Of a stretch of DNA of 24,294 bases, positions 1 to 9,643 are shown piece by piece; the first letter of the stretch is position 1, and the number at the start of each line of letters is the position of its first letter. This DNA comes from a virus (Duplodnaviria; Caudoviricetes): positions 1-24,294 of IMG/VR virus record IMGVR_UViG_3300023214_000163; one strand, given 5' to 3'. A model generated the notes under the pieces. That model worked only from the letters and a program-made list of their open reading frames with translations. It had not been told where the DNA came from and searched no databases. Position numbers and translations under genes: made by a program.

Positions 1-27
1 TTCTATAGCACCGGCGAATGATGCCAT
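1..27 (-). CDS. Probable 5' end of the next tail gene (MASFAGAIE...), truncated by the window edge
   Basis: ATG at 27 lies 1 nt after the tape measure stop, and the frame is open to the edge. Only 9 codons are visible. Confidence 0.3.
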
Positions 28-28
28 G

Positions 29-3000
29 CTATCTTCTCACAAATCCGTTTTCGTCCATGAATCGGACGAAGGCTTGCTTGCCTCCCTTGAGGAGTCTCTG
101 GGCGGCGAGTTCGTCCGGCACTATATACGCCGCCACTGACTGATTCTGCTGCGGGAGGTCCGCCCCGAACGAGGTTGCTGAATCAGCCGGGCTCGAGGAG
201 ATGACAGGGCCTCCCGAGACAAGGCCCCGCCTCGGTATCGAGGAGGCCCTTCTACTGGCAGAACCGGAGGCTGCGAGGGACCGGAGGGCGAACGGGTCCA
301 CAAGCCCTTCGTTGATCTTCTGCAGGGCGTCGTGACCGTATTTCGCTGCGGACGAGGCCCGGACCATGAACTCCCCCGCCGCAGCCCAAATCGGGATCTT
401 GTCGGACGGGTGGAGACCGGCGGGGGCTCTTGCCGCTTCCCTCCCTCTCGGCATCGGTCCACCCTCCGCTCGACCGACAGGGCCTCCCTCCGCAAACCCC
501 TCGGGGACACCCGAAGAAGACAACAGGAATGCGGCCAACAATAGCCTGTTCGCAATACTTGACCACTGAACACCCACAGAGGCCCACCCTGCGATGAGAG
601 AAGCGTTCTGCGCGGCTTTGGTGGCCTCGAAGGTTTGTTCCGCGATAAACAGGGCGATGAATCTTGCCAGCAGGGTAGAGATAAGCGTTTGTACGATCTG
701 CTGTCCGATCGAGAGTAGTGTCTGTCCCACGGCCTGTCTCAGGTTGGCGTTCCGGCGAGGGTCGAAGATATTGGCTACGACCTGGGCTCCGGTTCTGGAC
801 ACCTCCTCGAGGGCGTTCTTGGTGATCCCGCTGATCTGCTCGAAGAGGGGCCTGACATCCTGGACAAACTGCTCGATGCCTTGGATCAATCCTTCTCTGA
901 GCGGTCTTTCGAGACCTCTTCTGACTTCCTCCGCTCTTTCTCTTGCTTGGGCTAGGAGTAAGTTCCCCTCTCTCAGTTTCAGGTTCAGTTCGCCTTGAGT
1001 CTGGCTTATAAGACCTGTGATGCTCTTGGCCGCGTTCTTCTGGGCATTGATGTTCTCTTGGAGAGACTCCCTTTCTTCCTCTGTCTTGGCGAGTTCTTTC
1101 TGGGATTCGAGTTCCTCGGCGACAGACAAAGCCCTTTCTCTTTGCTGCCTGAGAGCGTTCAGGTTTCTCTGCCCTTCTTCTCGGGTGATATCCAGCCTTC
1201 TTCTGGCGAGGATGACCTGCAGCCTTGAGTTCTCAAGTAGGCGCTCGCTCACATCCGCGTTTCTGTTCTCGAAGTCAAATATCTTCTGAGCAAGATCCAG
1301 GGCCGATTCTCTATTCTCTTGCCTGAGATCGAAAGAGGCTGAGGACGCTTCGGCTGCTTGCCTCTGGGCGAGAACCTGATTGATTCTCCGTTCGAGGAGA
1401 GTCCTCTGACGGAGAGATTCGTTCAGATCATCCTGCAGGCCCTTCTCTTGCCCCCCGAGTTCAATCCGGGCCTTGAGGAGGTCGGAAATCTGCTGCACGG
1501 AGAGCCCGTACTTTTCGGACGACTCTCCGAGGTTGTCGAGTTGGTTCTTCGCAGAGGACAACAGGTCTTCTTGCCTGCTTATTTCAGAAGACACCTCCCT
1601 GAGTTCTTCCTTCGTAGACTCTGCTTCGTCGCTAAGACCTTCCTCCCTTTGGCGTGCCAGCCTCGCCCTGATGAGGGACCTCTCACTGCTCAGTTCGGCG
1701 GTCTCTCTTTCTATGTCCCTGATTCTCTTGACTTGCCTCTCGACCGTTCCGAGGAAACTCTGCTGCTGCTTGTTCAGGTTCGAGATCCGCCCCTCGTTGG
1801 CGAGCCTTCTCTGGGTCACATCCGCGATCTGCTGCTGCAGTTTGCGGATGTCCTCGTCTATCTTTTTGGCATCCTCTCTGAATTGGACGCGCGACCGGAA
1901 GGCCGAGGAAGTCAGGTCTTCGGCGGCGCCGGAGAGCCCGAGGGTTGCTCTGGTTTCCCGGAGATCGTCTGCGGTGTCTCTTATGTTGTCCCTGATCCGC
2001 TTCGACACCTCGGAGAGGGACTCGAGCGTCGTTACGGCTCTCCGGGCGCTGGGGGACAAGGAGTCAAACGCCTCGGACAGCGAATTAGAGCCCTCGACAC
2101 CTCTCGAGATGCCGTCCACCAACTCCTTCACGGAGTCTTCCACTCTCCCCTTTACCTTATCGACGAAGCCCGTCACTGCCTCCTCGACCGTGGGGTCGTC
2201 TTCGGCGCCAAGCAGGACACCTTTCAGGAGTTCTTGGGTCTCTTCCTTGAGTTCTTTGATCTCTTGCTTGAGATCATCGGCCTTGTCCTTTGTATCGTCG
2301 GCGAGGTCGAGGAGTTTGTTTGTCAGGAAACTTCTGGCCTTGTCGAGGGACTCTACGGTTTCCTCTCCCACGATCCCGAGTCGTTGCAGCAGTCGCGCCG
2401 CTGATACGACCGGCCCGAGCAAGAGTTCGCTGATAAGGGCACCTATACCAATAATTATGGCCTTGAAGCCAGAGGAGATAAAGAGACCCAATCTCCTGAA
2501 AGCGATCCCTACTCTCTTCACTGTTGAGAAGACCCCAACGGCGAGAATCTTCGCAAAGGTGCTAAGTTTCGTATTACCGCCGACAACTTCATCGACGATC
2601 TTCTTGATCCCGAGAAGGATCGCGGCTGCCAGACCGACGATCGCACCTATGGTCAAGAAAATAGGAGCGAGGGATATGTTCAAGGCTGTGGACAGGGCCA
2701 CAAGAGCGGAAAAAGAACTCACTATGGACGAGAGCGGCGCCAGAGCGAGGCCGAGGATCGTAGTAAACACCCCGACAAGGCCGGTGACGCTGGAAACAAG
2801 CAACTGCAGCGTGAACGCTATGGTTGCGATCCTCGTGACAAGCCTAACCAGCGATCTTATGTCGAGGTCTTCGCGGATGCCGAGGATCTCCTTGAAGGAC
2901 TCCACGAGAACTCCGACGGTCTCCTGCACATCGGCTATGCCTTGCACGAACCCCTCGGTGATGCCCGCGATGATGTTTGTGCCTTCCGCGAGGACCTCGC

Positions 3001-4663
3001 CGAGGGATCTCGCGGACCTAACAGCCTGCCTCAGATCGAGGTTCTGGGCTATGCCCCTCGCCGAGGACAGAGCCTGCGCGAGTCCCTGCGAGATTTGCCT
3101 GACCACGAGAACCGCGCCGGGCGCCGGGGAGATGGCGTCGGTGAGCGGGTCTTGATCGACCAAGAGGTTGAAAAGGTCACGGGCCGCTTGCTTGACCTCG
3201 TCGAAGAACTCGACGCCGCCGGATTGCAGCAGCAACTCGAAGCCGTCCTGGATGCGCGCAACGAGCCCGTTGAAGGTGTTGAAACTGGCTTTGCCTGCTT
3301 CGTTGAAGGCGATGAACCTGTCGGTAAGGAACTCTGCCAGCACACCGGCTTCGCGTGCGTTGCGGATGTCCTCGTTCGTGATGCCGAGCGCCACGGCGAT
3401 ACGGGTCGTCCTCGCCTGGATGGTGCCCTGCAGGATCGAGCGGATCTCCTCGGCCAGTTGGTTCTGCGCGAGCCCGATGGCGGCAGCGGCCTGGGAAATC
3501 TGGACAGTGAATTCCCGGACTTGGTCGATGTCGAGACCAGCCGAGAGGCCGGGGGCGATGGCGACCTGGAAGGTATCGAGGAGGGTGCGGAAGGTGGCTG
3601 TTGTTCGGAGAGCGTCCTGACGGAGAAGTTCTGTCTGGCGTCTCGCCTCCTTCTGGGCGAGCACGAGCCCTTCGGCGCTATCGACCGCATCCCCGAACGG
3701 GTCTCTGATGTTGCCGACCGCGAGGAAGAGGGAGGCGATACCGAGTTGCGCCTGTTCGATCTCGGCGTTCACTCTGACAAGGGCGGCGACCGACCTGTTG
3801 AAGAGTTGGATCAGTTCTCGGACGACCGTGAACGCGGCGAGGATCCCGAAGAGGCGTCGGAAGGTGAAGGACACCCTGTTCGCTCGGTTCTGGGTGTTCT
3901 GCAGGGCCTCTCCTAGACCTGAGAGACGAGAGCGGAATGCCTTGAGTTCGTTGAGTTCCCGCTTATTCAGGAGGTCTACCCTACCCCTCTGAACAGCCGA
4001 TGAGATAAGCCGTCTTCTTTCCTCCGCTTGCTGCAGTCTTCTTTGTAGTCTTTCCTCGGTGGAGAGGTTCTGGATTCTCTCGCTCGACCTCCTTCTCTGG
4101 ACCCGTTCGAGCCGTTCTTGGGTTCTCAGGGCGTCCTTCTGCTCTTCGGTGACAGCCTGGAGCCTCCTCCGCTCCCGCTCGGTGAGTTCGGAGGACCTCT
4201 CCTTCGCAGCGCGGGCTCTCTGCTCAGCCCGGGTGCGCTTGTCGATGGTCTTGGTGACATCCTCTTCGGCGCGGCGGCGAGAGCGTGTCTGGCCCGCTGT
4301 CCTTCTGGCGACCTTGAACTGCTCCTCGGCGTCCTTCCGGGCCTTCCGGGTCTCGACATTGGCCTTGCGGGTCTGGTTCGCCAGTTGCCTGCGGGCATCG
4401 ACCTCTTCCTTGAGCGCCTTCCCCACGAGGCCGGTCTCCCGACCGACCTTCTCCATGTCCTTTGAGAGGGCGCTGGCTTCTTTCCTGGCGGTTCTGAGTT
4501 GCCGGGAGGCATCCCCGAGGCGGATGCCCCTCCTCGCGGTCCTCTGCAACTTGAGGATCTCTGTTCGGGACTTCCGAACATCGCCGATGAGACGGGTGAA
4601 CTCGGAATGGAACTGGTCCTGCGCGTCAATGATGTACCGCAGGCCGCCGCGATCAACCGCCAT
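29..4663 (-). CDS. Tail tape measure protein (1544 aa)
   Basis: Very long helical/coiled-coil ORF with a central hydrophobic block. C-terminal FAEGG..SDKIP..GEFMV..A..YG..LQKINEG motif is typical of lambdoid tape measures. Lies directly after the tail chaperone; SD GAGGAG upstream. Confidence 0.93.
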   Translation of the reverse strand: MAVDRGGLRYIIDAQDQFHSEFTRLIGDVRKSRTEILKLQRTARRGIRLGDASRQLRTARKEASALSKDMEKVGRETGLVGKALKEEVDARRQLANQTRKANVETRKARKDAEEQFKVARRTAGQTRSRRRAEEDVTKTIDKRTRAEQRARAAKERSSELTERERRRLQAVTEEQKDALRTQERLERVQRRRSSERIQNLSTEERLQRRLQQAEERRRLISSAVQRGRVDLLNKRELNELKAFRSRLSGLGEALQNTQNRANRVSFTFRRLFGILAAFTVVRELIQLFNRSVAALVRVNAEIEQAQLGIASLFLAVGNIRDPFGDAVDSAEGLVLAQKEARRQTELLRQDALRTTATFRTLLDTFQVAIAPGLSAGLDIDQVREFTVQISQAAAAIGLAQNQLAEEIRSILQGTIQARTTRIAVALGITNEDIRNAREAGVLAEFLTDRFIAFNEAGKASFNTFNGLVARIQDGFELLLQSGGVEFFDEVKQAARDLFNLLVDQDPLTDAISPAPGAVLVVRQISQGLAQALSSARGIAQNLDLRQAVRSARSLGEVLAEGTNIIAGITEGFVQGIADVQETVGVLVESFKEILGIREDLDIRSLVRLVTRIATIAFTLQLLVSSVTGLVGVFTTILGLALAPLSSIVSSFSALVALSTALNISLAPIFLTIGAIVGLAAAILLGIKKIVDEVVGGNTKLSTFAKILAVGVFSTVKRVGIAFRRLGLFISSGFKAIIIGIGALISELLLGPVVSAARLLQRLGIVGEETVESLDKARSFLTNKLLDLADDTKDKADDLKQEIKELKEETQELLKGVLLGAEDDPTVEEAVTGFVDKVKGRVEDSVKELVDGISRGVEGSNSLSEAFDSLSPSARRAVTTLESLSEVSKRIRDNIRDTADDLRETRATLGLSGAAEDLTSSAFRSRVQFREDAKKIDEDIRKLQQQIADVTQRRLANEGRISNLNKQQQSFLGTVERQVKRIRDIERETAELSSERSLIRARLARQREEGLSDEAESTKEELREVSSEISRQEDLLSSAKNQLDNLGESSEKYGLSVQQISDLLKARIELGGQEKGLQDDLNESLRQRTLLERRINQVLAQRQAAEASSASFDLRQENRESALDLAQKIFDFENRNADVSERLLENSRLQVILARRRLDITREEGQRNLNALRQQRERALSVAEELESQKELAKTEEERESLQENINAQKNAAKSITGLISQTQGELNLKLREGNLLLAQARERAEEVRRGLERPLREGLIQGIEQFVQDVRPLFEQISGITKNALEEVSRTGAQVVANIFDPRRNANLRQAVGQTLLSIGQQIVQTLISTLLARFIALFIAEQTFEATKAAQNASLIAGWASVGVQWSSIANRLLLAAFLLSSSGVPEGFAEGGPVGRAEGGPMPRGREAARAPAGLHPSDKIPIWAAAGEFMVRASSAAKYGHDALQKINEGLVDPFALRSLAASGSASRRASSIPRRGLVSGGPVISSSPADSATSFGADLPQQNQSVAAYIVPDELAAQRLLKGGKQAFVRFMDENGFVRR

Positions 4664-4673
4664 TTCGTACTCC

Positions 4674-5027
4674 TCAGAAGCCCGACCCCGCGAAGGACAG
4701 GAAGTCGTTGAGGTCCCCTACTCCTGTTTGCACCCCAATGACCTTGTCGAGTTCTTTCTTCATCTTCTTGATGTCCTTGGCTTCCCCGTGATGGGCAAGC
4801 CTTTCTAAGTGGATCTTTTCAAGTTGTCTCTTCGCGTCGTTCCTCCTAGCGGACAGGTACAGAGAGTCGAACTCCGAAAGATCGAGGGTCAGGAGCCAGA
4901 GGGTGTCGTGCCCTCGGGCTGAGAGCCATTCGACGGCGTCTCCGAGTTCGACCCAGGGGTCTGATCCTCCTCCGCCAGAGTTGCGTCCCGGAGTTTCTGG
5001 TCCAGCCTCTCCCTGACTGTCTTTCCC
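4674..5027 (-). CDS. -1 frameshift extension of the tail chaperone (gpT-like part of a gpGT fusion, about 285 aa in total)
   Basis: The -1 frame is open from GGGAAAG (5027-5021) to TGA 4674 and reads ...DPWVELGDAVEWLSARGHDTLWLLTLDLSEFDSLYLSARRN...GSGF*. It fills the gap to the tape measure start and has no obvious independent start. Confidence 0.85.
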   Translation of the reverse strand, partial: GKDSQGEAGPETPGRNSGGGGSDPWVELGDAVEWLSARGHDTLWLLTLDLSEFDSLYLSARRNDAKRQLEKIHLERLAHHGEAKDIKKMKKELDKVIGVQTGVGDLNDFLSFAGSGF

Positions 5028-5530
5028 AAAGGGCCGAGCACCCCCTCGTTCGCTCTGATAACACCCCCGATCATCTGGCCGAGCACGGGAAGGGGGACAT
5101 TCTGGATGAACTCAGACCCCGGCGGGTTGTCCCTGTCGCCCCGGGGGAAGATGTCCTTCATGGAGTCCATGATGATTTCGCCCAGGGCGCCGATGTTCTG
5201 GCTGTCGGTCAGGGCCTCGATGAACTCCTGAATGGCGTACTGCCGTCTCTTGGATTGCTGCTCCTCGAGTTTCGGGTCGATCGCCATGATTTCCATGATC
5301 TCCCCTCCGGGTTCCCCGTCCTGCCCGGCGTACTTGCTGCTCTTCGAGGAGACATTGGCCTCGTTCCTTCGGAATGTATCGACGAGTTTCCCAAGGGGCG
5401 AGGCAAGGCCCTTCAACTTGAAAATCTTGCCTGCAGAAATCTCGTGGAAAGTGACATCTTCTCCGTTGATGTTTACTGAGACACTGTTCCCTGCTTCAAG
5501 GAACGCGACTTTGCTCTTCCAATCGCTCAT
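4889..5530 (-). CDS. Tail assembly chaperone (gpG-like, 213 aa, MSDWKSKV...)
   Basis: Sits between tail tube and tape measure genes. SD GAGGTG precedes ATG 5530. Contains the in-frame G GGA AAG slippery site. Confidence 0.85.
   Translation of the reverse strand: MSDWKSKVAFLEAGNSVSVNINGEDVTFHEISAGKIFKLKGLASPLGKLVDTFRRNEANVSSKSSKYAGQDGEPGGEIMEIMAIDPKLEEQQSKRRQYAIQEFIEALTDSQNIGALGEIIMDSMKDIFPRGDRDNPPGSEFIQNVPLPVLGQMIGGVIRANEGVLGPLGKTVRERLDQKLRDATLAEEDQTPGSNSETPSNGSQPEGTTPSGS
5021..5033 (-). promoter_or_regulatory. Programmed -1 ribosomal frameshift site (C CCT TTG GGA AAG)
   Basis: G GGA AAG is the lambda G/T slippery heptamer and is in the correct phase. It overlaps a second X XXY YYZ heptamer, C CCT TTG. 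Confidence 0.85.
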
Positions 5531-5563
5531 GTTGACACCTCGGTTCGGGTTGCGTGTTCTTAC

Positions 5564-5602
5564 GAAAGAATGAGGCCCGCCCGCGTTCCACGAGCGGGCC
5601 TC
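5564..5602 (-). terminator. Intrinsic terminator-like hairpin after the tail tube gene
   Basis: Minus strand GAGGCCCGCTCGTG-gaa-CGCGGGCGGGCCTC (14 bp with G-U pairs) followed by ATTCTTTC. Confidence 0.7.
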
Positions 5603-5649
5603 GGTGAGAGAATATCCCAAGAAGGGAGAGGCAGAGTCTAGGCGATCGC

Positions 5650-6516
5650 TCAGGTCTGCGGCGAGGACACGGTGCGGATGGTCAGCGTCGGGGAATCCGG
5701 GTCCGCGGCCTCATTCCGTTCCGCGACAGCGGTGAAGGTCATCTGGGTGTACTCATCCGAGATGAGCCCGAAGTCCCCCTCGGCCTTGAGCGAGACCTGG
5801 TGGAACTGGAACTCGCTCCGCCTGTCGTTCGCGGCGGGGTTCTCGGAGATGAACTTGAGCGCCCCCGTCACGGTGGTCTTGGTCAGGGACTTGACCTCGG
5901 GGATGTACTCATCCGCCGATGTGTCCGCCGTCAACTCGAAGTCGATGCCGTTCGATGTAGTCAAGGACCCGCCGGTCAGCACGAAAATCCGGCCCATCTC
6001 CTCGTCCACTTCGTAGTCCGTGTCCTTGGTCAGCGTCGTAGCCCCGTCGTCCTTGACGGTGAGGTTCGACGCCTTGATGTCGTAACAGCGGTTCCCGTTG
6101 CCGTCCACCAGATCGTACCAGCGACCGAGAACCACCTCACCCACGGCGACGAGTTCTCTTTCGGTCACGCCCGAGTGGGTCGGGTTGTCGTGGCCGCTGC
6201 TGTCCGAAGCGTCAAGGCCCGCGATATCGCCGGAGAGGAACTCCGCGAGGTTCTGGGCGTTGATCTCATCGAGCGACAGGGAGAGGTTCACCTTCTGGGA
6301 GATGGTGACTTCCTTATCCGTGATCTTGAGACCACCCCTCGAGGACTGGTGCTCCAAGGTTTCGACCTCGAGGGAGATGCTGAACTCCGGCGCGTTGCCG
6401 AGGTCGCGGTACTCCTTCGGGTTGCCGGACGAATCGAGGAAGGCGAAAAACACCTTCCCTCTTCCGAGGTTGTAACTGCTTGTGTCGGGCTTGCCTGTCG
6501 TGTTCGGGCGTGGCAT
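5650..6516 (-). CDS. Major tail (tube) protein (288 aa)
   Basis: Motifs YNLGRGKVFF, YRDLGNAPEFSIS, EHQSSRGG and LKAEGDFGLISDEY are typical of a phage tail tube family. A central LTKDTDYEVDEEMGRIF insertion is present. Synteny fits. Confidence 0.85.
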   Translation of the reverse strand: MPRPNTTGKPDTSSYNLGRGKVFFAFLDSSGNPKEYRDLGNAPEFSISLEVETLEHQSSRGGLKITDKEVTISQKVNLSLSLDEINAQNLAEFLSGDIAGLDASDSSGHDNPTHSGVTERELVAVGEVVLGRWYDLVDGNGNRCYDIKASNLTVKDDGATTLTKDTDYEVDEEMGRIFVLTGGSLTTSNGIDFELTADTSADEYIPEVKSLTKTTVTGALKFISENPAANDRRSEFQFHQVSLKAEGDFGLISDEYTQMTFTAVAERNEAADPDSPTLTIRTVSSPQT

Positions 6517-6528
6517 GTCGGGGCTCCT

Positions 6529-6960
6529 TTAGTTTCTCTCGACTTCTGCGTCGATCTGGTATACGACTCTCATCGGTCCTCCCCTTCTGGGAGGCTCTTC
6601 GTGATCCGTGTTCGTCACCGTGAGCAAGACTTGTGGATGGTCATTTTCCTTGTCCCTTTCCGTGAAAGGCACAGAGAACAGGATGGCCTCCAGATCCGAG
6701 AGATCGACTTCTGATCCGAAGGAGACCCGGAGGTCGAATCTCCATTCTGCGGGTATGTACACGAGGTCCCTGCCGTACCTGCGGTCGATCTCCATTTCCT
6801 TTGACACCTGATTGACCTCAACGCTCTGCGGAGAGGCGCTGTCTGCCTCGTCGACGGACGAGGAATCGTCTCCCGCGTAGACGATCCGAGGGTAAGAAAC
6901 AGAAGCCACGATCTCCCGGAGTTTGTTCTGGATCCTCGTCTTGTCGTACTTCCACGGCAC
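6529..6960 (-). CDS. Putative tail terminator/completion protein (143 aa)
   Basis: Size and position immediately upstream of the tail tube gene. SD AAGGAG precedes a GTG start. Confidence 0.55.
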   Translation of the reverse strand: MPWKYDKTRIQNKLREIVASVSYPRIVYAGDDSSSVDEADSASPQSVEVNQVSKEMEIDRRYGRDLVYIPAEWRFDLRVSFGSEVDLSDLEAILFSVPFTERDKENDHPQVLLTVTNTDHEEPPRRGGPMRVVYQIDAEVERN

Positions 6961-6961
6961 A

Positions 6962-7483
6962 TCAGCACTCCTTGACAGGGAACCTGCTCACGGTGCCGCC
7001 GGGCCGGTGGACGGGCGAATCAAGCGGGCCGATCACGGATGCGGAGACTTCGCCGTCCTGACCCGTGCCTGCAAGATCATCGAGAAGCACCACGGCATCG
7101 GCCATGAGTTGCTCTACTTCGGCGCCGAGCCGGTCTTCCTCGAACCGGGAAGTCAGCCCTTCCTCGTTGAACCGATCGAAGGAGGTCCCTTGAGACTCCC
7201 GGAACATGATGGGCATTTTCCTCAGGAGTTCCGCGCGGACGATCTTTTCTTCTGCTACGGACGCCTTGATCCTTCTGCGAGCATCGCTCGTATTCGGGTT
7301 GTCGGAGTACGGAACCGACCTGATCTCGACCACCAACGCTTCTCCGATGTGGTCGTAGATCGAAACGACCGCCGCGAGGATCGCCGAGTCGATCGCCGCC
7401 TGCGCATCTGCGCTGTCGGCGGACGACAGCCTCAACTGTGCCACCAGGCTGTCCCGATCTTCTGCGAACAGCGGATCTGCCAT
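6962..7483 (-). CDS. Putative head-tail adaptor (173 aa, MADPLFAEDRDSLVAQLRL...)
   Basis: ATG 7483 overlaps the upstream stop (TGATG). The helical, acidic sequence resembles gp6/gp15-type adaptors. The 334-aa ORF-track call is over-extended. Confidence 0.6.
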   Translation of the reverse strand: MADPLFAEDRDSLVAQLRLSSADSADAQAAIDSAILAAVVSIYDHIGEALVVEIRSVPYSDNPNTSDARRRIKASVAEEKIVRAELLRKMPIMFRESQGTSFDRFNEEGLTSRFEEDRLGAEVEQLMADAVVLLDDLAGTGQDGEVSASVIGPLDSPVHRPGGTVSRFPVKEC

Positions 7484-8034
7484 CACTGCCTCACAAGGTC
7501 TGCCTGCAGAGCGGCTCTGGCCTCTTCGAGGGTCTCGTATGCATCGAACGACCCGCGTTCGTCTTCGGGGAGTCTTTCGATGACCATTGAGTTGAGCGTG
7601 TCGAGGTCGAGCCCTTCCAACTGCTCGTCGGTCAGGTTGAAACCGCTGCCTCCCTCTCCGTTGGTGACGGTCGCGCTGTTGCCGCCCGGGAAGTTGATCT
7701 CGGACTCGCCGGGCGTGATCGCTCTCCCCCCGAACGACTCCACGAGTTTGTCCGGCCCTGTCGGCGCCGAGGGGTCCTTGTTCGCGTCCGTGGGGAGCAC
7801 GGGCTGATCCTCCCTGCGGACCCCGGGCTGCAGGAGACCGAGATCGAACTGGGTCCCTACGGGGATGATGTACCCGTTCAGGACATGGTCCTCGAGCGAG
7901 GACTTCCCGCTCCGGCCCGCTTTCGTGCCGGTGAGATGCTCGGCCACTTCGTCCGGCAAGACGCACGGACCCCGGAACAGTTTGTTGCCGACGATGATCG
8001 AAGCGCCTTCGCTTACTCTGAATTGCTGGTCCAC
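7483..8034 (-). CDS. Hypothetical acidic head-associated protein (183 aa; occupies the position of lambda FI)
   Basis: Strong SD GAGGAGGT before GTG. Follows the major capsid gene and has a small helical C-terminal domain. Confidence 0.6.
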   Translation of the reverse strand: MDQQFRVSEGASIIVGNKLFRGPCVLPDEVAEHLTGTKAGRSGKSSLEDHVLNGYIIPVGTQFDLGLLQPGVRREDQPVLPTDANKDPSAPTGPDKLVESFGGRAITPGESEINFPGGNSATVTNGEGGSGFNLTDEQLEGLDLDTLNSMVIERLPEDERGSFDAYETLEEARAALQADLVRQ

Positions 8035-8061
8035 AGAAATACCTCCTCAGTAGGTTTCAGG

Positions 8062-8114
8062 AATAAGAGGCAGGCCCGAGGGTCCGAGCCCACCCCTCCG
8101 AGGTTCTCGGAAGG
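8062..8114 (-). terminator. Tandem hairpins after the major capsid gene (terminator or mRNA stabiliser)
   Basis: Minus strand CCTTCCGAG-aac-CTCGGAGGG, then GGGCTCGG-accc-TCGGGCCT, followed by a pyrimidine-rich CTCTTATT. Confidence 0.45.
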
Positions 8115-8124
8115 CTCCCCGGCG

Positions 8125-9177
8125 TTAGCCGGAGACGACCTTCATCGAAACATGCGCGTCCGGGCGACGCGGCACGGGAAGAGGACACGAGTGGGTCAGC
8201 GCCATCATCGCGGAGGGGTCCTGAACCTCCCACGACTTGCTGAATCTGCGGGACTGGATCTGACCGCCCCGCAGCGCGGCCATGTCGGTGATCGCACCGT
8301 AATACATGACCCGGTCAGCCGCCGGGGAGGTGGTCACGAACTCCGCGTACTTCGGGCGGATCAGGTCCACCGAGGACCCGTTCACCATGACCGTGCGGGG
8401 GTACGCCCACCAGCGAATGCCGAAGACCTCGCCGAGGAAGATCGCGCCGTCCTCGCTGACCTGGTCCACGAAGGAGGCGTTGCCCGCAGTGACATTCCGC
8501 TGATCCAGGACCTTGATGACGCCCGTAGCGATCAGTTCCTGGAAGATCGCTCTGGCCTCGGAGCCGAGAATGCAATCGGTGGGGACGAGGCCGACAGCGT
8601 CCGAGAACAACTCCTTGGCGGCGTAGACATTCGCCTCCATCCTGACATTCGCGGGGGTCGCGTCGTCCCAGAAAGTGGAGAGCGTGACATTGTGCCCCGC
8701 GCTCCGGGGGTAGGTGACGGTGAAGGCTTCCTCGTCCTCGTTCGAGTACGAGATGGTTCCCTGCATCGCCATCGACACGAGGTACTCCTCCGCGTTGGTG
8801 ATGTAGTCGGCCATCACCTGGAGGTCCCGGTTGATGTGCTGCTGGACCGCGCTGAGTTGGGTGCCCGGATCAATGAAGATCGGAGTCCCGGGTCGCCGAC
8901 CGTAGAGCAGTTCACTCGGGTGGAACGGACGCTTGATCCTGATGTTCGTCGGGGAGACGGACTGGAAGGACTCGTTGTGCCCTCCGACCATCCTCGCTTC
9001 CGCACCACGACGCACGAACGGGGCGGCTTCTCGCCCCTTCGTCAGCAGGCCGTACTCGATAGTCTGTGTCGAGACGGTCTGCTCGTTGGAGTAGAGCAGC
9101 CGTCTCAGGAACTGATTGGGCGACTTGATCTCATTGACCGTCGCCGTCAGTGTTTGCCATTTGAGTTCGTCGATCAT
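8125..9177 (-). CDS. Major capsid protein, lambda E-like family (350 aa)
   Basis: FL...Y...AAPFV N-terminus, EEYLVSMAMQGTI, and C-terminal SKSWEVQDPS...SCPLPVP are characteristic of Phage_cap_E. Preceded by a D-like gene. Confidence 0.92.
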   Translation of the reverse strand: MIDELKWQTLTATVNEIKSPNQFLRRLLYSNEQTVSTQTIEYGLLTKGREAAPFVRRGAEARMVGGHNESFQSVSPTNIRIKRPFHPSELLYGRRPGTPIFIDPGTQLSAVQQHINRDLQVMADYITNAEEYLVSMAMQGTISYSNEDEEAFTVTYPRSAGHNVTLSTFWDDATPANVRMEANVYAAKELFSDAVGLVPTDCILGSEARAIFQELIATGVIKVLDQRNVTAGNASFVDQVSEDGAIFLGEVFGIRWWAYPRTVMVNGSSVDLIRPKYAEFVTTSPAADRVMYYGAITDMAALRGGQIQSRRFSKSWEVQDPSAMMALTHSCPLPVPRRPDAHVSMKVVSG

Positions 9178-9201
9178 TTCGTTACTCCTGAGAAGAGAAG
9201 A

Positions 9202-9609
9202 TCAAGTACCGGAGGGGATGCCCTGAACGATGAGGCCCCAGTCCTGCGCGTCGCGGAGGGCCTGAGTCCATTCGGCATCGGTGGCGCCGCTGTCCACATC
9301 GTCCTTGGCCGGAAGGTCGTCGTAGTGGACCGTACCACGGAGCATGATGTTTCCGATGACTTCGTCGGATGCGTCGAGTTCGACATCGTCCGTCCAAACA
9401 AAGCCACGGATTGTGTCGATACCGTTCGAGCCGTCGTGGTCCCACGGGACGAAGTGATTGGTCGAGGTGTTGAGCGCCACCGGCGTCAACTTCTTGAGGG
9501 TGCCGGAGCCCGTCGCAAACAGTTTGGAATCCACGGTCTCGGGCCAGATCCGGGGACCGGAGCCGAGCCCTGTCGTGCTGCTGAAAAGTTCTTTCTTCTG
9601 AGTTGCCAT
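9202..9609 (-). CDS. Head decoration protein, lambda D-like (135 aa)
   Basis: Pattern GTLKKLTPV...FVPWD.DGSNG...G.V.YDDL; lies between the protease and the E-type capsid gene; SD AAGGAG. Confidence 0.8.
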   Translation of the reverse strand: MATQKKELFSSTTGLGSGPRIWPETVDSKLFATGSGTLKKLTPVALNTSTNHFVPWDHDGSNGIDTIRGFVWTDDVELDASDEVIGNIMLRGTVHYDDLPAKDDVDSGATDAEWTQALRDAQDWGLIVQGIPSGT

Positions 9610-9643
9610 TATTCAGGCTCCTTTGTGTGCTTCCTTGGGCGTA

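Noticed and set aside
1358-4808. Several long plus-strand ORFs (348, 560, 324 and 249 aa)
   Set aside because: They are antisense shadows of the tape measure gene with Ser- or Leu-rich artefactual composition.
7484-7966. N-terminal extension of the 334-aa ORF
   Set aside because: It is an alternate frame of the 183-aa gene. The TGATG-coupled ATG at 7483 is the plausible start.
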